A DNA stretch of 64,000 nt, taken from positions 1,012,217-1,076,216 of the forward strand of contig CALMGM010000005.1 of NCBI GenBank assembly GCA_937863685.1. The letters run 5' to 3'. Below are positions 26,777-33,418 of the stretch, piece after piece (the first letter of the stretch is position 1; each line of letters opens with the position of its first letter). Both the position numbers and the translations under genes were made by a program. The stretch is from an uncultured bacterium. Its GTDB lineage: Bacteria > Edwardsbacteria > AC1 > EtOH8. The notes under the pieces were generated by a model. It worked only from the letters and a program-made list of their open reading frames with translations. It ran no database searches and was not told the DNA's origin.

Positions 26777-26804
26777 AAAAAACCGCCCCAAAAAGGCGGT
26801 TTTT
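26777..26804 (-). terminator. Rho-independent terminator closing the redox gene run
   Basis: aaaaaccgcc-ccaaaaa-ggcggttttt. On the minus strand the stem is followed by a T-run, 15 nt after the peroxiredoxin stop. Confidence 0.75.
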
Positions 26805-26818
26805 GAAATAGTTGTTTT

Positions 26819-27277
26819 CTAATTCGATAAAAATTTGATAATCTCTTTAATATCGGGCAGCTCCTTTAGGGGATAAACCTTTATCCAGATCACCTTGCCA
26901 AACTCATCGATGATGATATTGGCCCGCTCGGAGAAGCCTTCCTTTTCCCGGAAGATTCCACAGGTTTTGGCTGCCTTGCCATGAGGCCAGAAATCGGACA
27001 GCATCCTTAGATTTTTAACTTTCAGGGACCTGGCCCAGGCATGCTTGGCTGGCACAGTGTCTACACTCATTCCGATCGGCACCGTATTGAGTAGGTCAAA
27101 GGTCTTAAAATTCTTTTCCAGCGACTGCATCTGCCTGGCGCAGACCTTGGTCCAGGCCAGGGGATGGAAGGAGAGCAGCACCTTGCGTCCCTTGAAAGCG
27201 CTCAGCTTAAATTCGGCATTATGCTGGTCCTTCAAAATAATTTCCGGGGCCCTTTGGCCGATCTTGATGGCGGACAT
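26819..27277 (-). CDS. Peroxiredoxin (AhpC/TSA, Bcp-like, 1-Cys/atypical 2-Cys)
   Basis: KVLLSFHPLAWTKVCARQM contains the TxxC peroxidatic motif. The protein is 152 aa. Confidence 0.85.
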   Translation of the reverse strand: MSAIKIGQRAPEIILKDQHNAEFKLSAFKGRKVLLSFHPLAWTKVCARQMQSLEKNFKTFDLLNTVPIGMSVDTVPAKHAWARSLKVKNLRMLSDFWPHGKAAKTCGIFREKEGFSERANIIIDEFGKVIWIKVYPLKELPDIKEIIKFLSN

Positions 27278-27301
27278 GATAAACCCTCCCTTAATATGTG
27301 A

Positions 27302-27331
27302 CCCTGGATTCCGGATCAGGTCCGGAATGAC
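27302..27331 (-). repeat. Hairpin repeat of the gtcattcc...ggaatccaggg family
   Basis: The minus strand reads gtcattccggacctgatccggaatccaggg, against gtcattcccgacctgatcgggaatccaggg at 16626-16655. The two differences are the two partners of one stem base pair. Confidence 0.6.
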
Positions 27332-27343
27332 CCTTTGATTGTT

Positions 27344-27478
27344 CTACTGCAGGCCGATGCAGGAATAGCAGATGGCCACGGCGTTGATGTACAGGGGTTT
27401 CAGTTCTTTCCGAAATATTCCCGCCGCTATGGCGGCCAGGGAAAGAACCATGATAATTATTCCGATGGTCTTTTTCAT
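27344..27478 (-). CDS. 44-aa single-TM CxxC micro-protein (resembles the CD1871A-family CXXC motif proteins as I recall them)
   Basis: Hand translation gives MKKTIGIIIMVLSLAAIAAGIFRKELKPLYINAVAICYSCIGLQ*. The ATG lies 2 nt after the stop of the upstream thioredoxin-fold gene. The ORF is below the ORF-track size cutoff. Confidence 0.55.
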   Translation of the reverse strand: MKKTIGIIIMVLSLAAIAAGIFRKELKPLYINAVAICYSCIGLQ

Positions 27479-27480
27479 GG

Positions 27481-27999
27481 CTATTTTCCGGAAAGGTAAT
27501 CGTCCAGCTTTTTGGTCTTATAGGCCTGGGTGGACACATAGGACAGGATCTTCAAATACACCGGGGCCTCGATATATCCCGGCAGAATGCCGATCACCTT
27601 GCCTTCGCTGTCCATGAACAGGGTGGAGGGGAATCCGCTGACCTTCATGCCCATGGTGAATTCAGACTGGGCCATAACCTTTCCCAGGTAGGTGATCTTT
27701 TCCGAGCTCTCGCCGTTTATTTTAGCAATGACGAAATTCTCCTTCAGGGCCGCTGCCACCGAAGAATCGGCATAGGTTTTATCGTCCATCACCTTGCACC
27801 ATTTGCACCAGTCGGTATAGAAATCAACCACCACGTATTTTTGGTCGGCGGCGGCCTTTTCCATGGCCTGGTCGAAGGCCAGCCACTCGGCTTTGGACGA
27901 AACAGTTTTGGTATCCTTTTCGGCCTTCTTGTTGCCGGCACATGACACTCCGGTGGTCAGCGATAAGGCCAGGATCAGCAGGGGGAGGTATTTCTTCAT
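27481..27999 (-). CDS. Exported thioredoxin-fold lipoprotein (thioredoxin_7/DUF255-like)
   Basis: Lipobox LSLTTGVSC and the thioredoxin motif VVVDFYTDWCKWCKVMD. Confidence 0.8.
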   Translation of the reverse strand: MKKYLPLLILALSLTTGVSCAGNKKAEKDTKTVSSKAEWLAFDQAMEKAAADQKYVVVDFYTDWCKWCKVMDDKTYADSSVAAALKENFVIAKINGESSEKITYLGKVMAQSEFTMGMKVSGFPSTLFMDSEGKVIGILPGYIEAPVYLKILSYVSTQAYKTKKLDDYLSGK

Positions 28000-28028
28000 T
28001 GATGGCTCCTATGGTTTTTCTATTTGGG

Positions 28029-28205
28029 TTACTTGTTGAGACCGGACATCAGCAGTCCGCCGATGACAGCCCAAACTATAGTGCTGGCCCAAGGATTGGA
28101 TGCTATGGGGCAGGTGCCAGTCCGGCAGCCGATGAATTTGTAATAAAGAAAACCAATAGCGCCTCCGCCAGCCACTCCTAAAATTATCTTGAGAATCGGA
28201 TGCAT
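28029..28205 (-). CDS. 58-aa two-TM CxxGxC micro-protein (DUF6132-like by recollection)
   Basis: Hand translation gives MHPILKIILGVAGGGAIGFLYYKFIGCRTGTCPIASNPWASTIVWAVIGGLLMSGLNK*. Its ATG shares 1 nt with the OsmC stop (TGATG at 28203-28207). The ORF is below the ORF-track cutoff. Confidence 0.55.
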   Translation of the reverse strand: MHPILKIILGVAGGGAIGFLYYKFIGCRTGTCPIASNPWASTIVWAVIGGLLMSGLNK

Positions 28206-28609
28206 CAGCTTATCACCCGGCTTTCAATCTTCATATTTGTCCCATTCTGAATGGTGGCTGAGACCGAACAGTACTTTTCCTTCGACAACTTGATAGACTC
28301 ATCCAATGCTTCAGGCGGAACATTGCCATTGGCCTCAAAAATAAAGCTCATCTCGGTGTATCTTTTAGGATGTTCCTCGGCCCGGGTTCCGTCCATAAAC
28401 ACCCGGAAGCCGGTCAAATCAACTCGTTTCTTTTTCAGTATCGAGACCACATCCATGGCCATGCATCCGGCCTGGGCGATAAGCAGCAACTGCATGGGGG
28501 TGAAGCCCGACGGGGTTCCGTCTTTTTTAGATTCTACCACTATGCCGTGCCCGTTGTCGTCGCTGGCAGCGAACTGCAAGTCCTTGACCCAGTCCAATGT
28601 AATATTCAT
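28205..28609 (-). CDS. OsmC family peroxiredoxin-like protein
   Basis: 134 aa, with the two conserved Cys contexts LLIAQAGCMAMDV and EKYCSVSATI. Confidence 0.85.
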   Translation of the reverse strand: MNITLDWVKDLQFAASDDNGHGIVVESKKDGTPSGFTPMQLLLIAQAGCMAMDVVSILKKKRVDLTGFRVFMDGTRAEEHPKRYTEMSFIFEANGNVPPEALDESIKLSKEKYCSVSATIQNGTNMKIESRVIS

Positions 28610-28629
28610 TTTTCTATCGCAAAGTTAGA

Positions 28630-29205
28630 TTAATAATTCTCGGCCATCACTTCGTAATAGCTCTGGGGATGGGCGCAGGCCGGGCAGGCTTGGGGCGCTT
28701 CGGGGCCCTCATAAACATAGCCGCAGTTACGGCAGCGCCATTTGACAGGCTTGTCTTTTTTGAACACCCGCTTCTTCTCGATGTTGGCCAGAAGTTTCAG
28801 GTAACGAGCCTCGTGTTCCCGCTCTACTTCGGCGATGAACAGAAATATCTTGGCGATCTCCGAAAAACCCTCTTCATCGGCAATGGCGGCGAACTCCGGA
28901 TACAGCTTGGTGTGCTCCTCATTCTCACCCTCGGCGGACGCTTTCAGATTCTCGGCAGTGGTGCCGATCTTTCCGGCCGGATACATGGCGGTGATCTCAA
29001 CTCCGCCGCCTTCCAGGAATTTGAAGAACCGCTTGGCGTGTTCCTTTTCGTTTTCGGCTGTTTCGGTAAAAAACCAGGAGATCTGTTCATAGCCTTCCTT
29101 CTTGGCCGCCGAGGCAAAGTAGGTGTAGCGGTTGCGGGCCTGGGATTCCCCGGCAAAGGATTTGAGCAGGTTCTTTTCGGTGCGGGTTCCTTTTAAGCTT
29201 TTCAT
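28630..29205 (-). CDS. rbr: Rubrerythrin
   Basis: Diiron ExxH motifs (ENEKEHAKRF, EVEREHEARY) and a C-terminal rubredoxin-like CRNCGY...CPACAHP. Confidence 0.9.
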   Translation of the reverse strand: MKSLKGTRTEKNLLKSFAGESQARNRYTYFASAAKKEGYEQISWFFTETAENEKEHAKRFFKFLEGGGVEITAMYPAGKIGTTAENLKASAEGENEEHTKLYPEFAAIADEEGFSEIAKIFLFIAEVEREHEARYLKLLANIEKKRVFKKDKPVKWRCRNCGYVYEGPEAPQACPACAHPQSYYEVMAENY

Positions 29206-29241
29206 GTCATTTATCCTCTTTTTAGTATATATATATTTTCT

Positions 29242-29336
29242 GTCATCCTCAGCCTGACTTTTTATCTTGCTTGCGAAGGATCTGTCCTTGGTTGAGATTC
29301 TTCGAGGGCCAGACGAGTTACTGTTCTCAGAATGAC
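29242..29336. repeat. Two inverted copies of the gtcatYc.Sag...cgaagRatc repeat in the dfx-rbr spacer
   Basis: The plus-strand copy is gtcatcctcagc...gcgaaggatctg (29242-29284). The minus-strand copy is gtcattctgagaac...ctcgaagaatctc (29336-29294). Confidence 0.55.
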
Positions 29337-29346
29337 GACATTAAGG

Positions 29347-29727
29347 TTACGACTTAGCAGACCACAGGCCGTGCAGATTGCAGAATTCTTTGGCTGTCAC
29401 TTCCTTGGCCTGGCATAAAAATTCCGCTTCCGGGGCGTCGCCGGGCTTCAGGTATTTGCGATAGACCCGGCCGTCGGCATAAAGGGCTATCCATTCGATA
29501 TAATGCTTCTCCTCCATGGGATGGGCCGCCGAGCCGATCTTGACCTTGTATCCGTTGGCGGTCTTCTCGATCACCGGCACATGCTTTTCCTTGGCGGCGT
29601 CGACCGTGTTCTCGGCATAGAGCTTCATGGGCTTGCCGCAGCAGACCAGCTCGCCTTTGCCGCCGTGCAGCACCTCCACGATATTGCCGCAGATCTCGCA
29701 CTTGTAAATCTGGTTCCTTTCGGCCAT
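29347..29727 (-). CDS. dfx: Desulfoferrodoxin (2Fe superoxide reductase)
   Basis: N-terminal desulforedoxin motif [12 protein letters not shown]...CCG, HVPVIE, and the centre II ligand region HPMEE.HYIEWI...CNLHGLW. Confidence 0.9.
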   Translation of the reverse strand: MAERNQIYKCEICGNIVEVLHGGKGELVCCGKPMKLYAENTVDAAKEKHVPVIEKTANGYKVKIGSAAHPMEEKHYIEWIALYADGRVYRKYLKPGDAPEAEFLCQAKEVTAKEFCNLHGLWSAKS

Positions 29728-29765
29728 GATGGTTCTCCTTGTTTTATGAATTTATCCGAATAATA

Positions 29766-30698
29766 TCAGGCATTGAGTTCCAGATACTGCTGGGCGGCGA
29801 TGGCCGCGGTGGCGGCGTCGCCCACCGCGCCGGAGATCTGCCGGACCAGCTTTTGGCGGACATCTCCGCAGGCGTAAATGCCCTGGAGCGAAGTGGCCAT
29901 TTTATCATCGGTGATGATATATCCTTGCTGGTCGGTATTGACGATACCCTTCACCAGTTCGCTGTTCGGCTGGTAACCCACGTAGATGAATGCGCCCGAA
30001 GCGGGTATCACTTCCTCTTTAAGCGTTTGCTTGTCCATCACCCGGACTCCGCTTACCCGGCTGGATCCTTCTATGGACAGAATGTCCTTGCTCCAGGCGA
30101 AAGCTATCTTTTTATTGGCAAAGGCGATTTTCTGGATGGAGTCGGCCGCCCTTAAGGCATTGCGGCGGTGAATCACCGTCACTTTTGAGACCAGGCCTGC
30201 CAGGTATATCGCCTCTTGCACGGCGGAGTCGCCCCCGCCCAAGACAGCTACCGGCTGGTTTTTAAAAAAGGCTCCGTCGCAGACTGCGCAGTAGGAAACG
30301 CCCTTGCCTAAAAGTTCCTTTTCGCCCGATACCCCCAATGTTTTTGGGAAGGCCCCGGTGGCGACTATCAGAGCCCGGGATTTCACGGTGCTTCCGTCTG
30401 AAAGTTTAACTAACTGATATTTTCCCTCAGAGATTATGTTTTCGGCTTGGGCGGAAATTATTTCTGCCCCGAATTTTCTGGTCTGCTGTTCCATCTTCTG
30501 GGCCAGTTCATAACCGGATATGCCTTCGGGAAAGCCGGGGTAGTTGTCTATTCTTTCGGTGTTGGCCACCAAGCCTCCGGGCATCATTTTTTCGATGATG
30601 GCCGCCTTAAGGCCGCCCCGACCGGCGTACAATCCGGCGGTCAGTCCGGCGGGACCGGCTCCCAGGATGGTTATATCGTAATTTCTGGTCTCGCTCAT
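29766..30698 (-). CDS. trxB: Thioredoxin-disulfide reductase
   Basis: GAGPAG FAD motif, redox CAVCDG, NADPH motifs GGGDSA and HRRNALRA, and the C-terminal GDV...RQ.. FAD motif. Confidence 0.9.
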   Translation of the reverse strand: MSETRNYDITILGAGPAGLTAGLYAGRGGLKAAIIEKMMPGGLVANTERIDNYPGFPEGISGYELAQKMEQQTRKFGAEIISAQAENIISEGKYQLVKLSDGSTVKSRALIVATGAFPKTLGVSGEKELLGKGVSYCAVCDGAFFKNQPVAVLGGGDSAVQEAIYLAGLVSKVTVIHRRNALRAADSIQKIAFANKKIAFAWSKDILSIEGSSRVSGVRVMDKQTLKEEVIPASGAFIYVGYQPNSELVKGIVNTDQQGYIITDDKMATSLQGIYACGDVRQKLVRQISGAVGDAATAAIAAQQYLELNA

Positions 30699-30907
30699 TT
30701 ATTTGCCGTCATTTTGTTTGATGTCACCGGTTCCGAGACCTGCTGGAACACCCGGCAGCTTAAAACACAGCGTCCGCAGTTGGTACATTTTTCCTGGTCA
30801 ATGTAAGGAGCTTTGAAGCCGTCCTGCTTGATGGCGCCTACCGGGCAAACTGCCAGCGAAGGGCAGTGGTGGTTTTGGGGGCAGTATTTAGTCTTGACTT
30901 CTATCAT
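30695..30907 (-). CDS. Small 4Fe-4S ferredoxin-domain protein
   Basis: A canonical CTNCGRCVLSC motif plus an atypical first Cys set, CPQNHHCPSLAVCP. It has 4-nt overlaps with both neighbours (30904-30907 and 30695-30698). Confidence 0.7.
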   Translation of the reverse strand: MIEVKTKYCPQNHHCPSLAVCPVGAIKQDGFKAPYIDQEKCTNCGRCVLSCRVFQQVSEPVTSNKMTANK

Positions 30908-31548
30908 TCGGCAGCCTTAAGTATGTGATTGATGAAAACCGGCTCGGGTTGGGCTCCCTCGAACTGGATGGTTTCGTTGATGATCACCTTGGGAACGCCC
31001 ATTACCCCGTATTTCTGGACCAAGTGCGGGAACTCCGCCGATTCCACCATGTGGGCGGTTACCATATCGCTCTCGATGGCGGCCTGATGGGCCATCCTGA
31101 CCGCAGCCGGACAGTAGGGGCAGGTGGGAGTGATGAACACCTGTATCTTGACAGGCTTGGCTATCTTCTTCAATTTTTCCCGGGAGTCGAGGGTCAGTCC
31201 GGTGGTGCCCCGGGAGACGTCAATGATATCTTCGATCAATGATGTGAACTCAAAACCGGAGGGGACGCCGAAGAACCGTACTCCGTAATCCCTGTCGCCT
31301 ATCAGGGCGATGCCCGGTATCTTGTCGATCCCGTACTGGTCGACCAGGGATTTATCCTCCAAAAGATCGTGTTTTTCCAGGATAAGCTTGTCCGAAAGGG
31401 AGGCGATCTCGGTCAAGATCTCCTCGGTGGGTTGGCAGTACATGCACTCCAGCTTTTGGGTGAAGAACACGATCTTGACCGGGTTAACCAGTTTCCCGGA
31501 GAATTCACGGCGCAGATGATTCTGATCCTCTTCCCTCAACATTCCCAT
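30904..31548 (-). CDS. Glutaredoxin-like protein disulfide oxidoreductase (two thioredoxin-fold units)
   Basis: Two CxxC sites, ECMYCQP and TPTCPYCP, are about 110 aa apart. This is the arrangement seen in archaeal/Thermotoga PDO-type partners of thioredoxin reductase. Confidence 0.75.
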   Translation of the reverse strand: MGMLREEDQNHLRREFSGKLVNPVKIVFFTQKLECMYCQPTEEILTEIASLSDKLILEKHDLLEDKSLVDQYGIDKIPGIALIGDRDYGVRFFGVPSGFEFTSLIEDIIDVSRGTTGLTLDSREKLKKIAKPVKIQVFITPTCPYCPAAVRMAHQAAIESDMVTAHMVESAEFPHLVQKYGVMGVPKVIINETIQFEGAQPEPVFINHILKAAE

Positions 31549-31579
31549 GATACAAAACCTCCTTGATTTACCACCATTC

Positions 31580-31714
31580 TCAGCGGCAGTTTCCGGAAAC
31601 GCTGCATTGCGATGCGGTTCCCGTTATTATCCCCCGGACCACCTGGGCCCCAAAGGCCAACAGGGCCAGCAGGGAAAATATTATTATCAGATAGCGGGCA
31701 GGGTTGCGCATCAT
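31580..31714 (-). CDS. Possible 44-aa membrane micro-protein
   Basis: Hand translation gives MMRNPARYLIIIFSLLALLAFGAQVVRGIITGTASQCSVSGNCR*. It has one TM helix and a C-terminal Cx5C and fits the 133-nt hole between fmdB and the PDO gene. There is no family recognition and no clear RBS. Confidence 0.3.
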   Translation of the reverse strand: MMRNPARYLIIIFSLLALLAFGAQVVRGIITGTASQCSVSGNCR

Positions 31715-31721
31715 TTAGAGG

Positions 31722-31952
31722 CTAAAGCCCGCAGGAGCCGGAGGAGCAGCCGCAGTTGCCGGAAGGGCATGATCCTCCTATATCGCTACCGGAGAAAGAA
31801 TCAGGTCCGCTGACGGAAGCGGCAAAGGTGGAAAGCATTTTTTCGGTCGTAGTTCCGCATTTTGAACATTTGGGAGCCGGGGTGGCGAACGAAACAACCA
31901 ATTCCTCAGTCTTTAGCCCGCATTTGGGGCACTGGTATTCGTAGATCGGCAT
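31722..31952 (-). CDS. FmdB-family zinc-ribbon protein with a Cys/Gly/Ser-rich tail
   Basis: MPIYEYQCPKCG...(17 aa)...CSKCG, followed by the C-terminal tail SCPSGNCGCSSGSCGL. Confidence 0.8.
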   Translation of the reverse strand: MPIYEYQCPKCGLKTEELVVSFATPAPKCSKCGTTTEKMLSTFAASVSGPDSFSGSDIGGSCPSGNCGCSSGSCGL

Positions 31953-31957
31953 TTAAA

Positions 31958-32161
31958 TTATTCCTTGGTTTTTTTATTGGTATTTATCCCGAAAAGTTTG
32001 TAAAGCAGACAAAAACCGGTGACGGCGGTTATCAGAGCCACAGCGGCCAGCACCAACAGCACCCATTTTATCGGGCCGGCTGTTAACAGGCCCGCGGCCA
32101 GAAGGGCGATGCCCAATACTGCCCGGATGATCCGGTCAACGGCGCTTTCGTTGGTTTTCAT
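31958..32161 (-). CDS. DUF2892 (YgaP-like transmembrane domain) protein, 67 aa
   Basis: MKTNESAVDRIIRAVLGIALL...VTGFCLLYKLFGINT matches the DUF2892 pattern (N..DR..R...G, then C..Y..FGI.T). It is hidden in the ORF track inside a 187-aa ORF that overlaps trxA out of frame. Confidence 0.7.
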   Translation of the reverse strand: MKTNESAVDRIIRAVLGIALLAAGLLTAGPIKWVLLVLAAVALITAVTGFCLLYKLFGINTNKKTKE

Positions 32162-32172
32162 GGGGGTTCTCC

Positions 32173-32499
32173 TTATTTGTTTATTGCGGCATCCAGCCGG
32201 GCGGCGATGGCCGGTTTGGGCATGGCTCCGATCAGGGTGTCGACAATCTGGCCATTCTTGAAGATCATCATGGTGGGTATGCTGCGAATTCCGAACTGAG
32301 CCGACTTTTGGGGATTGGCATCGACATCCAGCTTGGTCATCTTGATGCGGCCCTGGTAGTCGTTGGACAGCTCTTCTATGATCGGCCCCACCATCCGACA
32401 GGGACCGCACCAGGCCGCCCAAAAATCCACCAGAACCGGTATGTTGGACTTCAAAACCTCCTGATCGAAGCTTCCATCGCTCAAATGTTCTACCGGCAT
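32173..32499 (-). CDS. trxA: Thioredoxin
   Basis: VLVDFWAAWCGPCRM in a 108-aa protein. Confidence 0.9.
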   Translation of the reverse strand: MPVEHLSDGSFDQEVLKSNIPVLVDFWAAWCGPCRMVGPIIEELSNDYQGRIKMTKLDVDANPQKSAQFGIRSIPTMMIFKNGQIVDTLIGAMPKPAIAARLDAAINK

Positions 32500-32539
32500 G
32501 TTTTCTCCTTTGTATTATCAAAAATTTGTCTTACATTAA

Positions 32540-32569
32540 TTTAGATGCAGCAACTCGAAAAAGGATTCA
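32540..32569 (-). promoter_or_regulatory. ECF-type promoter candidate upstream of trxA
   Basis: The minus strand reads TGAATCC-N14-GCATCTAAA. Both boxes and the spacing are identical to the site at 33419-33448. It lies between the anti-sigma stop (32574) and the trxA start (32499). Confidence 0.6.
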
Positions 32570-32573
32570 TTTT

Positions 32574-32843
32574 TTAAGTCCGGTTTTTGCTTCTGGCCAA
32601 TTTGATGGTGGCGAACAGACGTTTTTCAGCGCCCTCCGGGAGCGGCTCCTGTTCCAGAGAACGGTACAAAGTGACGGTCATTTTCAGGGTGTCAAAATAC
32701 ATCTTGCAGTCTGGGCACTCGGCCAGGTGAACTTCCAGGCGCTGGCACAATTGCTTCTTCAAACGATTATCCAGATAATCGGAAAATGCCGATGTCATCC
32801 TTTTGCAATGGTGGTCGATATTCTTATTCATAATTTTGGACAT
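32574..32843 (-). CDS. Soluble zinc-binding anti-sigma factor (ZAS, zf-HC2; RsrA-like)
   Basis: The HxxxCxxC motif VHLAECPDC is present, with an additional upstream Cys (HHCKRM). The 89-aa protein has no hydrophobic segment. It lies 1 nt downstream of the ECF sigma gene. Confidence 0.75.
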   Translation of the reverse strand: MSKIMNKNIDHHCKRMTSAFSDYLDNRLKKQLCQRLEVHLAECPDCKMYFDTLKMTVTLYRSLEQEPLPEGAEKRLFATIKLARSKNRT

Positions 32844-32844
32844 G

Positions 32845-33402
32845 TCAATTTTCCTTCAAATAAACCGAAAGATTCTTTCTTAAGAATTCCCTTGAGCGGT
32901 GAAGCTTGGATTTCATGGCCGGCAGAGAAAGTCCCAGTATTTTTGCCACCTGGGCGCCATCCAGACCCTCAATGTCCCTTAAAACTATCACTGCCCGATC
33001 CTTGTCTGGAAGCTTCTGAAGATGCTGGTCCAGCAAGGCTCTAAATTCGCTGTTCAGGAGCGATTCCAGTGGGGTGACAGCGGTGTCCGGCAACTCTTCA
33101 ACCGCGCTAAGGGACAGGTGGGTGGAATCGTGCCCGCGGCGTTTGCTGCGGCGCAGCTTCATCAAGCTGAAATTGGTGGCCATCCTGAACAAATAGGTGG
33201 AAAGTTTGGATCCGCCCCGGAAATGATGCAGGTTTTTATAAAGGGCGATAAAAGTCTCTTGCAGGACATCCTCTGCCTCGCTGACAGTGCCCAACAATCT
33301 TAAGGCCACCGAATATACCCGAGATTGGTGGATCTTTACCAGCTGATTGAAAGAACGGTAATTGCCGGCCTGCGCCTGTTGCAGTAAAACGTCTTCGTTC
33401 AT
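32845..33402 (-). CDS. ECF-family RNA polymerase sigma factor
   Basis: Region 2 (F..LV..H...VY..A.R.LG....AEDVLQETFI.LY) and region 4 (R.V..L.DIEGL....A.ILG.S....KS.L.R.R..L) in a 185-aa protein. Confidence 0.9.
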   Translation of the reverse strand: MNEDVLLQQAQAGNYRSFNQLVKIHQSRVYSVALRLLGTVSEAEDVLQETFIALYKNLHHFRGGSKLSTYLFRMATNFSLMKLRRSKRRGHDSTHLSLSAVEELPDTAVTPLESLLNSEFRALLDQHLQKLPDKDRAVIVLRDIEGLDGAQVAKILGLSLPAMKSKLHRSREFLRKNLSVYLKEN

Positions 33403-33418
33403 TTGCTGCTTCTTTTAG

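Noticed and set aside
27308-27328. The sequence caggtccggaa resembles part of the conserved SRP (4.5S) RNA domain IV motif.
   Set aside because: Only about 11 nt match. The flanking GGUGCUGUU... and GGAAGGAAGCAGCC elements are absent. The sequence is explained as a copy of the gtcattcc...ggaatccaggg hairpin repeat.
31958-32521. 187-aa ORF overlapping trxA.
   Set aside because: Only its last 67 codons (31958-32161) look like a real protein, the DUF2892 pattern. The upstream part is out of frame over the well-supported trxA and is R/G/H/P-rich low complexity.
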